Numbered from the whole stretch's first letter, positions 34,900-46,430 are shown. The stretch is DNA of 63,836 bases, filler included, from Octopus bimaculoides (GCF_001194135.2; 7 parts of 7 records of this genome joined end to end with filler, not necessarily neighbours in it); one strand, 5' to 3'. Translations and numbers: made by a program. The notes: generated from the sequence alone by a model not told the origin.

Positions 34900-34905
<6 letters not shown>
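34698..34905. mobile_element. Short fold-back element related to the 39100-39729 palindrome
   Basis: ~71-bp inverted arms 34698-34769 and 34835-34905 with terminus AGTGTACATTTAAACA shared with 39109; the spacer is homologous to 39171-39237. Confidence 0.8.
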
Positions 34906-34933
<28 letters not shown>

Positions 34934-35079
34934 TAAAAGCAAGAAGCATAAATTTCAGATATAGTTCATACTTTAATTGTGTTTAACAGCTGTTTCATTA
35001 ACAGAAACATGGTTAAATGTCTAGTGACGTAATTGTGATATATTTTTAAAAATTGCGATAAAAATCTTTCCACATGTTA

Positions 35080-35127
35080 AACTATATATTACTGACGAGG
35101 TCTAATAAACCGAAGTATGTCCATAGT
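35080..35127 (+). ncRNA. Decayed type I hammerhead motif
   Basis: AACTAT(atatta)-CTGACGA-GGT-ctaataa-ACC-GAAG-TAT-GTC-CATAGTT; GAAA->GAAG and stem I displaced. Confidence 0.45.
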
Positions 35128-36859
35128 TGTCCCTTATATGCAAAGTTCAGATTGTCCTTCTAAACATATAAATCGATTTGAGAAATTAATTCTTAATTTA
35201 TTGAAATTATACCTCTTTTACATTGAAAGCTGCTAATATTTACCATAAGGGCGTTGTTTTCTTTCTTCAAGTAAAAGGAAAATTTCATTAAGAAGTTCTT
35301 GAATATGGCTTCCAGTATATCAGCCGTTAACTTAATTATCAAATCAACACCATTGACTCACTTGAGTTATTTTCATCTCATTTTACTGTGCCGATAAAGC
35401 TTATATGTTTGTATGTATGTATGCATGTATGTATGTATGTATGTATGTATGTATGTATGTATATCCTTTAATTTTTTAACATTCTTTCTTGAAGGAGAGA
35501 ACTAACAAATAAACAAAATAGGTTCATATTGGAGTTTGCATAACAACACTTTTAATTATTACATACCTAACTTCAAGAAAATCTTGCATATTTTACTGTT
35601 CCACTGACATATTGTATAGGTAAAGTTTACGTTAGCCAGTCTCTGTCTTAGCTTGAAAAACTTACCTTCCCTGTGTAAGTGTATTTTCTTTTTCTCTTTT
35701 AATTTTGAAGCGCAGGCGTGGCTGTGTGGTAAGAAGTTTGCCAGCCACATGGGAAATAACCCTTTCACCCAGATTTTAACAGCCAAGGGAAATAATCCAT
35801 TCATTTTTCCAAATCATTTGGTTTAAATCAAATTGAGTATGCTTATTTCTTAGTATTTTAACTGTTAGGGTTATTTTCGCAATTTATCCAGTACAACTCT
35901 TAAACAAGTAAATAGCAATTTCCTAAACAGTAGATCCACTTATTTCGGTTAGTGACTTATTCACAAATATACCAACACTAGCGCCGCTGAAGGTAATATT
36001 CTCTGGGAACGCACAAAAGCCCTTTTCAAAGTTATTTACTTTGAATTTTTATTATTTCATATCTGATTAACCTGTTATTACGAAACATGCTTTACGATTT
36101 TAGTATAGATACCTTATTAGTATTTCCTCCTAAGTTCTATATATTCTGAGAATTTTTACTATCAGGTAACTAATTTCATATTATTACATAACTGACTTTA
36201 CAATTGGGGTATTCATAACTTATTGGGAATTCCTTAAAACAAGAGAGGAAAAGTGGAGAGGAATTACTTTGCTTTCCATTCCGAGCAAAATCCATACAAG
36301 AATCATCCTGGAGAGATTGAAAGATATATNNNNNNNNNNNNNNNNNNNNNNNNNNNNNNNNNNNNNNNNNNNNNNNNNNNNNNNNNNNNNNNNNNNNNNN
36401 NNNNNNNNNNNNNNNNNNNNNNNNNNNNNNNNNNNNNNNNNNNNNNNNNNNNNNNNNNNNNNNNNNNNNNNNNNNNNNNNNNNNNNNNNNNNNNNNNNNN
36501 NNNNNNNNNNNNNNNNNNNNNNNNNNNNNNNNNNNNNNNNNNNNNNNNNNNNNNNNNNNNNNNNNNNNNNNNNNNNNNNNNNNNNNNNNNNNNNNNNNNN
36601 NNNNNNNNNNNNNNNNNNNNNNNNNNNNNNNNNNNNNNNNNNNNNNNNNNNNNNNNNNNNNNNNNNNNNNNNNNNNNNNNNNNNNNNNNNNNNNNNNNNN
36701 NNNNNNNNNNNNNNNNNNNNNNNNNNNNNNNNNNNNNNNNNNNNNNNNNNNNNNNNNNNNNNNNNNNNNNNNNNNNNNNNNNNNNNNNNNNNNNNNNNNN
36801 NNNNNNNNNNNNNNNNNNNNNNGGAGGTTATGAGAAGTAATATAATATATATATATATA

Positions 36860-37210
36860 TCAGCATGGCCGAAATCAAATGACTGAAATAAGTAAAAGAA
36901 TAATATGTATATGTGTGTGCGTGCGTGTGTGTGTGTGTGTGTATGTACGTGTATGTGTACTTGTGCGTGTGTGCTTGTGCGTGTGTGCTTGTGCGTGCGT
37001 GTGTCTTTGTGTCTGAGGATGTTCCCCACTTGACAACCAGTGCTGTTGTGTTTACGTTCCCGTAACATAGCGAATCGGCAACGCGACGGATATAATAAGT
37101 ACCAGGCTTAAAATAAATAAGTACTGGGGTTGATTCATTCGACTAAAAGTTCTTGAAGGCGGTGCCCCAGCAGGGACGCAACTTAGTGACTGAAACAAGT
37201 AAAAGATAAT
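36860..37210 (+). mobile_element. SINE 3' parts (two tails with internal GT repeat)
   Basis: CTTGACAACCAGTGCTG...AAGTACCAGGC...GAAGGCGGTGCCCCAGCA...GACTGAAACAAGTAAAAGA. Confidence 0.75.
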
Positions 37211-37776
37211 AGATAAACGTAAATTCTAACCAGCCACCTGCTTGGTAGTAAGTTTATGAAGGAAAGCATTTTTTCTTCATCATCCATTAAACATTTAGAA
37301 TTATTGTAGATTTTATTTTGTCCCAGATGTCGAGATTAGGTACAGAGTATGAACTGAAGAGTTGTATTCCTTCCCCCAACGACCCATACATTGCTCCAGA
37401 CATGCTGGAACGTACCATGTTACTCAAATGGTAGCAGATATGAATCGGGAAGTGTACCTTGGGTACTAGATTTGAAAACCCCTTATCAAGGGTCGATAAG
37501 CGTTCTCTTTCTCCTACATTCTTATGACCACATTGGTGTCCAGAAGGCAGCAGATTTCCACAGCAAAGCATATATTTTCTTTGTGGTCCCACACAACGAT
37601 ATCTACCCGATTGTTTTAACTTCGTGGCAGTTTTAACTTTTAAGTTCCATTTAAAAATTAAAACTATTTTAATTAACAAGTTAAAGAAGTGATTTTAAAT
37701 TCTCAATCGCAGAATAATGCTAATAATATAGCCTGAACAGGATAAACTACCTCTATTTTGCAGAGAAAAGTGTAGG

Positions 37777-37851
37777 TGGCTAGCTGTGGACACGAACTCA
37801 CATCCCCATGATTACGCGTCACGATTCTTTGACCGATTAAGCTAAACTACC
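37777..37851 (-). tRNA. tRNA-Thr(CGT)-like pseudogene or tRNA-derived head
   Basis: GGTAGTTTAGCTTAATCGGTCAAAGAATCGTGACGCGTAATCATGGGGATGTGAGTTCGTGTCCACAGCTAGCCA; A/B boxes; anticodon stem CGTGA/TCATG with loop CGCGTAA; G at position 33, T and acceptor stems imperfect. Confidence 0.55.
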
Positions 37852-38699
37852 CACTTCAAACTCCTCTGCAAATTAAGATATATAAATCTCGCTTTATGAG
37901 ACGTTCTCATATGTTAAATTCAAATTAGGACAAACGTAAATAGACAAACGAAGTTTGCTTTTAGAAGCGTTGAGATGTATTTAGAAAGTTAAAGAAGTGA
38001 TTTTAAATTCTCAATATTCTTTTAACCCTCGGTTATAATGTAGTTAACTTTGTCAGCTTGTACTTACTTTTCTCCTTGTTCTGTTCCAGATTGTTTTAAC
38101 CACTGCATAATATATCATGCGAAAATTGTATCTAAAAGACATTCTCTCGCAGTTGGTAATAATATGGTTGATGTCTCCAGTCTTACTTTCGCATACCCTT
38201 GTATGTATGTATGTATGTATGTATGTATGTATGTATGTATGTATGTATGTGTTGTGAAAATGGCTACCGATGTGTGTGTCTGTGTGTGTACCTGAATCAA
38301 AGAGAAGAGGTGTAGTGTGTTAATGGTAATCAAAAAGCAATTATTGATTAAGTCAAGTATTGGTATTTTGACAAATTTTAACATTTTTTTCACGGTTCAA
38401 AAATTTACAAGATTTCGATTTATGGCTTCAATTAATTCCTTGATGAAGGCAATATCATTATCAAAATTACTTTGTAGACGTTTGATAATTAGTTAATTGC
38501 ATCGGTGATTATAGTTACAAGTACTTAATTATTACCAAAATACTAACACTGAAGATTTAACATCAAACATTCCGTAAAAGTTACCGGATCTTAGATAATC
38601 TGTCTGACTGGCTTTTACAACTCTTTTTGTTGCTCAGCTCTAAGGCAACACAATTTGACTCACTTATGATCAAAACTGCTCCATATCTTGGGCTTGCCT

Positions 38700-39030
38700 C
38701 ACTGCGTTGCACTTTGGGCAAGTGTCTTCTACTGTAGGCTTGGGCCAATCAAAACCTTGTGAGTGGATTTGGTAAGCGGAATCTGAAAAAAGCCCGTCGT
38801 ATGTATATATGATCACATGACCACGTGATCACGTGACAACTCAGGCAATCATAAGTTGTTACACATCGTTGGTCACAATGCGCTTTGCATCGTTTTAGCC
38901 TTCGAACGACGTTACCCCGCTGGTTAGGCGAGTAGGCCAACAATCTCCCCTGATCGAAAATGGGGACTGGAGTAACGTGAAATGAAGTGTTTTGCTCAAG
39001 AACCCAACGCACCACGATCGTGAGTGCAAC
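38700..39030. mobile_element. Nested SINE fragments
   Basis: CORE-like TTGGGCAAGTGTCTTCTAC...AAGCCCGTCGTAT (+) followed by other repeat pieces. Confidence 0.55.
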
Positions 39031-39250
39031 ACCCTACACACACACACACATACACCTGCACGCACGCATATGTAAGTATGCATATATATATGTAAGTATA
39101 TATAAAGTAGTGTACATTTAAACACAAAAGAAAACTGCTTTCAACAGGCAGTTTTTACATGCTAGAAGTAGTCAAAACGACCAAAACCACATTTAAGAGC
39201 AATCTTCAAAAGGAACGAAACATAAAAACTTTTATCTTGTTATTTTAATC

Positions 39251-39323
39251 CGGTCAGACCTAGGTTTCAAAATTTTTTTAGCAAATAAAATAATTTTCTA
39301 GGCGAATTTCTCATCAGTGACTG
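39251..39323 (-). ncRNA. Type I hammerhead ribozyme (family D, minus strand)
   Basis: CAGTCA-CTGATGA(39317-39311)-GAAATT...AATTTT-GAAAC-CTAG-GTC(39259-39257)-TGACCG. Confidence 0.8.
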
Positions 39324-39502
39324 CACCATAACACTAACATATAATTAAGAGACGAATAACACATATCTCATCGTTATACATTATAATTTTTCAAATTTAC
39401 CGCCGACTGAAACTGCGCTTGCGCAGTGAATTTGAAAAATTATAATGTATAATGATGAGACATGTGTTATTCGTCTCTTAATTATATGCTAGTTTTATGG
39501 CG

Positions 39503-39575
39503 CGGTCACTGATGAGAAATTCACCTAGCAAATTATTTTATTTGCTAAAAAAATTTTGAAACCTAGGTCTGACTG
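39503..39575 (+). ncRNA. Type I hammerhead ribozyme (family D, plus strand)
   Basis: Stem I CGGTCA/TGACTG; CTGATGA 39509-15; stem II GAAATT/AATTTT extended by TAGCAAAT/ATTTGCTA; GAAAC 39558-62; palindromic loop CTAG; GUC 39567-69. Confidence 0.85.
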
Positions 39576-40135
39576 GATTAAAATAACAAGGTAAAAATTT
39601 TTATTTTTCATTCCATTTGAAGATTGCTCTTAAATGTGGTTTTGGTCGTTTTGACTACTTCTTCTAGCGTGTAAAAACTACCTGTTGAAGGCAGTTTTCT
39701 CTTGTATTTAAATGTACACTATTTTATATTGAGAATATGTTGTCTATNNNNNNNNNNNNNNNNNNNNNNNNNNNNNNNNNNNNNNNNNNNNNNNNNNNNN
39801 NNNNNNNNNNNNNNNNNNNNNNNNNNNNNNNNNNNNNNNNNNNNNNNNNNNNNNNNNNNNNNNNNNNNNNNNNNNNNNNNNNNNNNNNNNNNNNNNNNNN
39901 NNNNNNNNNNNNNNNNNNNNNNNNNNNNNNNNNNNNNNNNNNNNNNNNNNNNNNNNNNNNNNNNNNNNNNNNNNNNNNNNNNNNNNNNNNNNNNNNNNNN
40001 NNNNNNNNNNNNNNNNNNNNNNNNNNNNNNNNNNNNNNNNNNNNNNNNNNNNNNNNNNNNNNNNNNNNNNNNNNNNNNNNNNNNNNNNNNNNNNNNNNNN
40101 NNNNNNNNNNNNNNNNNNNNNNNNNNNNNNNNNNN

Positions 40136-40190
<55 letters not shown>

Positions 40191-40199
40191 GTCTCTGTG

Positions 40200-40420
40200 T
40201 GTATGTGTGTGTGTATGTACTTTGTGTTGTGTTTGTTCCCTACTACCGCTTGACAACTGGTGTTGGTCATCTTCGTAACTTACCAGTTCGGTAACTGAAA
40301 CCGATGGAATAAGTACCAGATTTACAAATAAGTGCTGAGGTCAATTTGTTTGAGTAAGTTCGTCAAGGTGGTTCCCTAGTAAGGCCACAGAGCAGTGAAA
40401 TCAGTGAGACATAAAAGATA
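40200..40420 (+). mobile_element. SINE 3' half
   Basis: CGCTTGACAACTGGTGTTGG...GGAATAAGTACCAG; 5' half presumably in the preceding gap. Confidence 0.65.
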
Positions 40421-40689
40421 AAGGTTCTTTGATTCCCGTATTAAAGGCAATAGAGTTTTTTTCTTTTTAAAACGCATGATGTATGTTCAGACAATTATTC
40501 TCAGCATATCGAGCGGCAACAACATAGAGATTCCCTTACTGACTTGTTATCTACAACTGTAAGTAAAGACTGGCTGAGCCAGCGAGGGCTCGACTATAAG
40601 GTCACTTAACCTGCTGGAAATGAAGCGGGTCTTAAATGCCAGTTTTAAAACTGTGACAATCCTCTAGAGGCAGTGTGGTCACAATGAAC

Positions 40690-40905
40690 TGCTTTCAAAT
40701 TTTGGCACAAGGCCAGCAATTTCAGGGGAAGAATAAGTCGGTTACATCGACCTCAGTACTCAGCTGGTACTTATTTTATCGATCCCTAAAGGATGAAAGG
40801 CAAAGTCGACCTTGGTGGAATTTGAACTCAGAACGTAAAGACGGACGAAATGCTCCTAAGCATTTTCCCGGCCTGCTAAAGATTCTGCCGGCTCGCCGCC
40901 TTCAT
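40690..40905 (-). mobile_element. tRNA-derived Meta-domain-like SINE
   Basis: Plus strand AAAGGATGAAAGGCAAAGTCGACCTTGGTGGAATTTGAACTCAGAACG, as in 17240-17300; other copies at ~58085-58180, 59345-59395, 63660-63836. Confidence 0.75.
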
Positions 40906-40934
40906 GATTTTAATAATTTAAGTATTAATATTGT

Positions 40935-41210
40935 CTGGCACAGGCGTGACTGTGTGGTAAGAAGCTTGCTTCCCAACCACATGGTTTCTGTGTTCNNNNN
41001 NNNNNNNNNNNNNNNNNNNNNNNNNNNNNNNNNNNNNNNNNNNNNNNNNNNNNNNNNNNNNNNNNNNNNNNNNNNNNNNNNNNNNNNNNNNNNNNNNNNN
41101 NNNNNNNNNNNNNNNNNNNNNNNNNNNNNNNNNNNNNNNNNNNNNNNNNNNNNNNNNNNNNNNNNNNNNNNNNNNNNNNNNNNNNNNNNNNNNNNNNNNN
41201 NNNNNNNNNN

Positions 41211-41245
<35 letters not shown>

Positions 41246-41450
41246 TGCATGTCTGTGCTTGTCAACCCACCATCGCTTGACAACCGATGTTGGTGTGTTT
41301 TTACTTAGCGGTTCGGCAAAAGAGACCGGTAGAATAAGTACTAGGCTTACAAAGAATAAGTTCTGGGGTCTATTCGTTCAACTAAAAGTGATGCTCAGCA
41401 TGACCGCAGTCAAATAACTGAAACAAGTAAAAGAATAAAAGAGTAAAAGA
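40935..41450 (+). mobile_element. CORE-like SINE spanning a gap
   Basis: Head before the gap, tail (AAGTAAAAGAATAAAAGAG) after it. Confidence 0.75.
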
Positions 41451-43899
41451 ATATGGTATTTGATACATCTGTATTTGTCTATGTCACATGCCACTGGTGA
41501 TTAGGTAAAATAATTGTCATGCTGACGACGCCTTTGGAGAGAGGCATACGCGTCTACGATTGTACTTTTATCTTATAAGCCTGTCCTTTTCTTTAATGGT
41601 ATGCCAATTTTGGATTCTTAAGGTTGCCTCCCCTTCTCATATAGAGCTGTTCTCAATTGTCATTTGGTAATTGTAACAGATCCTCTACAGGCGGCGGTGA
41701 TTTTGATTTATGTTGTATGTTGTATGATACTTAATATACCTGCGTCTGCCTATGTTGTTCATATAAATGCCACTGGCCACTCAGAATTATTTCTCTTTAC
41801 TCATTTTTGTCATATATATATATATGTGTGTGTATACATATATACTTACTATGAGCTTCCTTATAGTTTCCAGTAACTAAATTCACTTACAAGGCATTGG
41901 TCGTCCCATGGCTATAGTATATGACACTTGCCCTAGGTGCTGTGCTGTGGAACTGAACCCGAAATCATGTGATTGCGAAGCGTATTTCTTAACTACGCAG
42001 CCATGCCTATGATATTTATTGATTTCGTAATTAAATCAGAGAGTAATTTTGGTTGAGGAATATAGACATTTCACAGAGATTGGTATATTACTGCTGCTTT
42101 ATGGATGAAAGATAATTAAAATGTCCATTAATTAGTGATGTGTGATTTGAATTCAGAACGTAAAGACGTGGAAGCGACTGTTGAAATAGATTTNNNNNNN
42201 NNNNNNNNNNNNNNNNNNNNNNNNNNNNNNNNNNNNNNNNNNNNNNNNNNNNNNNNNNNNNNNNNNNNNNNNNNNNNNNNNNNNNNNNNNNNNNNNNNNN
42301 NNNNNNNNNNNNNNNNNNNNNNNNNNNNNNNNNNNNNNNNNNNNNNNNNNNNNNNNNNNNNNNNNNNNNNNNNNNNNNNNNNNNNNNNNNNNNNNNNNNN
42401 NNNNNNNNNNNNTGTGATTTGAATTCAGAACGTAAAGACGTGGAAGCGACTGTTGAAATAGATTTACTTTGGTGCTCTACATTTCTGATACTTCGCTGTA
42501 GAATCGCTGTGCCAACCCTTACATGTTATATCTGACATGTAATTGTCAGTACGAAAGATAAAATATGAACCGGAGAGCATTCAGATAACAGTAGAAAGAA
42601 TCAACTGTGTAAAATGTGAACAGTTCTAAATGCCATCCACCGCTCTACACTGGTTTACTGTCAAATAGATTAAGAAAGGAGAAACATCAGTAATAAAGAA
42701 TATTTGATTATTTTTTTAATGATTGATTAATGCCAAAGATATGTCAGTGTCCATGGCATTACTAAGGTTTCCTCTTTCGTTCTCTCTATTTCTCTCTACA
42801 TATATATTGGCGAGATCATGTTTTCTTAGAATATGGTGAAAATCTGGTCTGGACAAAAAAATTCCGGTATTTTTTTAAGGGGTTATTCAGAGTAGGAAAA
42901 AGTAACTCTTATGAACTTTCTCAGAATCTTCGTGACTTGTTAGAGGAAAAGAGGAAGTTATTCTCAGATCAAAGATCTGGTCGGCATGTATCAGAGCGGG
43001 ATGCAGTAAAGGTATTCAAAGTGTCAGGTGATGTTAAACCTGCTACGGATTTAGTTGCTGGAGTTCAATCGCTTTAAAGTTTCAGGGAAGCTCCTGGGTC
43101 GCTGTGCCTGTGACACAAGTTTGATTTTACAGTGTCAATTATTTTTACTGGACTTCTTGTTAATTGTTATATTCGGCGCATTATCTTGTTAACTTCTTGA
43201 GCACTCCGTTAAAGATAAAGCCTTCATATACGATCCTACGTTCCACTAAGAGTAAATATGCAGGGAAAGGTTTCAAAGATAATTCTTGGGGATAAATACT
43301 GAAAACAAAGGTCTGAAAGGAGTGACACAGTAAGGGTAGGTTGAGGAAGAGAGACAAGTACACCTAGTGGATTTATTTAGAAATGGCATGGGATGAGCGG
43401 GACGAACTGGTATTCGAAATAAGCAGTCATCTTTCTCTTGTGATTGAAACCACACATAGACAGAAGGCTATATTAAATCTAAGAAGTACAAGAGTTTCTC
43501 TACTGGATATACATGGATATACAATCATTTGTACATCGTCTATCAGAGATTGTACTGTCTCACAGAATCAATGTGTTAGCGTTTACTTCAACAACTTCAG
43601 TGCTTTGAAGTCGAGAGATATCTTCCCCTCCCTATAGATTAAACACCAGTCATTTCCAAGTTTAGCATACAACGATTTTAACTCAGCTTTTGAAATTAAT
43701 TAATCTACCATCAATTATAACAACAAGAGATCTTACTCAACTTGGTACCTACTTTACATTTATTTGAACTTAGCCACTGAGCGTTAAAATGTAACACCAG
43801 TTATTTTTCAGCTATGTATACGTATAAATTTCCAGTTATTTTTCAGCCGTGTAACGGCACACATATTTTTCTTGGACTATCTTTTTCCTTCTCTCCGGA

Positions 43900-44070
43900 G
43901 TTTTCCCTTCTTTCCTCTTTCTGACAAAGAACCATGCTCGATACGTCACCTTACTTTTTTTTCGTCTTAAACTTTTCTGAGCGTCAATCTAATACATTCC
44001 CTGTGAATGTCCTTTTGACTTTTGTTGTTTATCCTGTTTTGGTTTTTATTTTTGATTTGCCTATATACAA
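43900..44070 (+). mobile_element. Diverged family A terminal repeat
   Basis: CTGACAA-A-GAAC-cat-GCTC-GATAC-GTC at 43921-43947, then TTTTCTGAGCGTCAATCTAATACA; ends at (TA)n. Confidence 0.5.
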
Positions 44071-44319
44071 TATGTACATACATACGTATATATATATATA
44101 TATATATATATATNNNNNNNNNNNNNNNNNNNNNNNNNNNNNNNNNNNNNNNNNNNNNNNNNNNNNNNNNNNNNNNNNNNNNNNNNNNNNNNNNNNNNNN
44201 NNNNNNNNNNNNNNNNNNNNNNNNNNNNNNNNNNNNNNNNNNNNNGAGAGAGGGAGAGAGATGTGTGTGTGGTGAGTGTGTAATTACACAGATGCTGTTG
44301 GTGATTTTTTTCATTCTTC

Positions 44320-44470
44320 GGACTTTTCCGTTTTCCTTTCCGATGAAGTGCTATGCTCGAAACGTTAAAATGTCTCTATTCTTACCGAGCGTCAAACTAA
44401 TATATTCCATGTGCACGTCCTCTTGTTGTTTGTTATTACTATTTTTATTACTCGTTTCTTTGATTTAACT
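44320..44470 (+). mobile_element. Diverged family A terminal repeat
   Basis: CCGATGA-A-GTGC-tat-GCTC-GAAAC-GTT at 44340-44366, then CCGAGCGTCAAACTAATATA. Confidence 0.55.
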
Positions 44471-45068
44471 ATGTATGTATGTATGTATGTAATGTCCTGC
44501 AGGCTCAGCGATCAATAACTTTTATATATTGTGTGACAGGCGATGAAGGCTGACCGCGCAATTCTACTAATTGATGAATTGTCCAGAGATCTGAGTTTCT
44601 TACCTGATGGGTTTCTCCTGTATTCAAGTGATTGTTTGCAGACATGATAACAGCGACGAGATAGAGAAAGAAGAGATAGGAAAGGGAGAGAAAAGAGAAA
44701 AGTGAGAGAGAGAGGTAAGAGATATGGATGTCCAAATTATTATGGATGACAGAAAAACTAGTCTTGAGGCCGTTGGTTCATATTCGCCCACCTAGATGTA
44801 ACCAAGTACAGTAAATTATTGTAGCTCACCAACATGGAACCGACAGATGTTTCGTTGGCTTGCGGTGGTTAATTCAATGTTAAATGCTGAAATTATGGGC
44901 CGTTGCGTTTCGGAGAGGATCAAATGAGAGAGAAATTATATAGAACTATTAGCGCTCTAGGATCTAAATGAGGAAGTTAGTCAAATTAATTGCGATACAT
45001 ATTCGATTATTGTTAGAAATAGAATTTATAGAAAGAGAGATCGAGAGCGAGTGAGTGAATGAATGAGG

Positions 45069-45099
<31 letters not shown>

Positions 45100-45867
45100 G
45101 AAGGGTTAAAAATTGTTAAGCTTTGCATGTAAACTGCTTCAATCAGATGAGTATATTTTGTGAAGAGACTGCTTAAGACGTTGCTCATGAATCGATCGAG
45201 TTTATCGAATTCTAAAATAGAATGCAGACTCCCACCAAAAACCAGCATCAGCACTAGCACCAGTAGAAGCAGCAGTAGCGACAACAACAGTAATAAATAA
45301 TATAAAAATAGAGTGAAAAAGAACAACAAATCACAATATATTTCAAGAACCAAACTGAATTTAATACATAAATTTGTGTATTTTCAACAAAACATTTACA
45401 ATCTCAATTTAAAACCATCACATACGTCAATCAAAAGATTGATTGTACGAGTAACAAAATATTCCAAGGAATATTGGTAGCTGTGTATAAAAGTGGGCAG
45501 AAGAGAATAAAAAAGAAAAAAGAAAAATTAAATAGAATATTTTCGTTTCTTCAGGGAGTCTCATGTATAACTATAACTATAGCTATATAGATNNNNNNNN
45601 NNNNNNNNNNNNNNTATATATTTAAATGCGATAATTCGAACATTACCTGAATAGTAGTAGTAAAAATAAAAAATATCAATAATAATAATAATAATAATAT
45701 TTTCTTAATAATAACAATAATAAAATGCTAACAATTAAATTAGTTGGATATATAAATGTATTAGTATATATATGTGTAAATGTATATTTGTATGCCTATA
45801 TGTATGTATATACGTATGTATGTATACATGTAGGTATGTATGTATTTATGAACGTATTCTTCTTGCA

Positions 45868-45950
<83 letters not shown>

Positions 45951-45955
45951 TGTTA

Positions 45956-46007
<52 letters not shown>

Positions 46008-46015
46008 CATTATTA

Positions 46016-46067
<52 letters not shown>

Positions 46068-46080
46068 CATCATCATCATT
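45868..46080. repeat. (ATT)n microsatellite
   Basis: Directly visible. Confidence 0.95.
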
Positions 46081-46369
46081 TAGAATTATCTAAATATTTA
46101 ATGGCGGTATAATATTACTAATAATGTATTCAGAACATTGTTTTTGTACATGAAGAATTCATGTCAAGTAACGTGTTCACACACACATGCGCACATGTGC
46201 GTGTTAGTGCGTGTGCGTGCGAGTGCATAGATATATATGTGCGCGGGCAAGAGTGTGAATATAGGGTGTACGTGAGTGTATTGTAGCGTATCTGCGATTG
46301 TGAGCGTGTTTGTGTATGTCTGTTTGTTTATCTATATACGTATGTGTCTATATATGTATGCATGCATAT

Positions 46370-46430
<61 letters not shown>

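Larger units (their letters stand above)
39100..39729. mobile_element. ~630-bp fold-back palindrome with a hammerhead on each strand (family D)
   Basis: Arms 39100-39400 and 39426-39729 are near-perfect reverse complements (roughly 90% by eye); 25-nt spacer. Confidence 0.92.

Noticed and set aside
37316-37640. Possible exon after a polypyrimidine-AG
   Set aside because: Short frames with no recognisable protein similarity and no clear donor.
42137-42472. ~55-bp direct repeat flanking a gap
   Set aside because: Most likely contig-end overlap.
42780-43640. Non-repetitive ~860-bp block, possibly a decayed LINE ORF1
   Set aside because: No motif I can identify in any frame; left unannotated pending a homology search.
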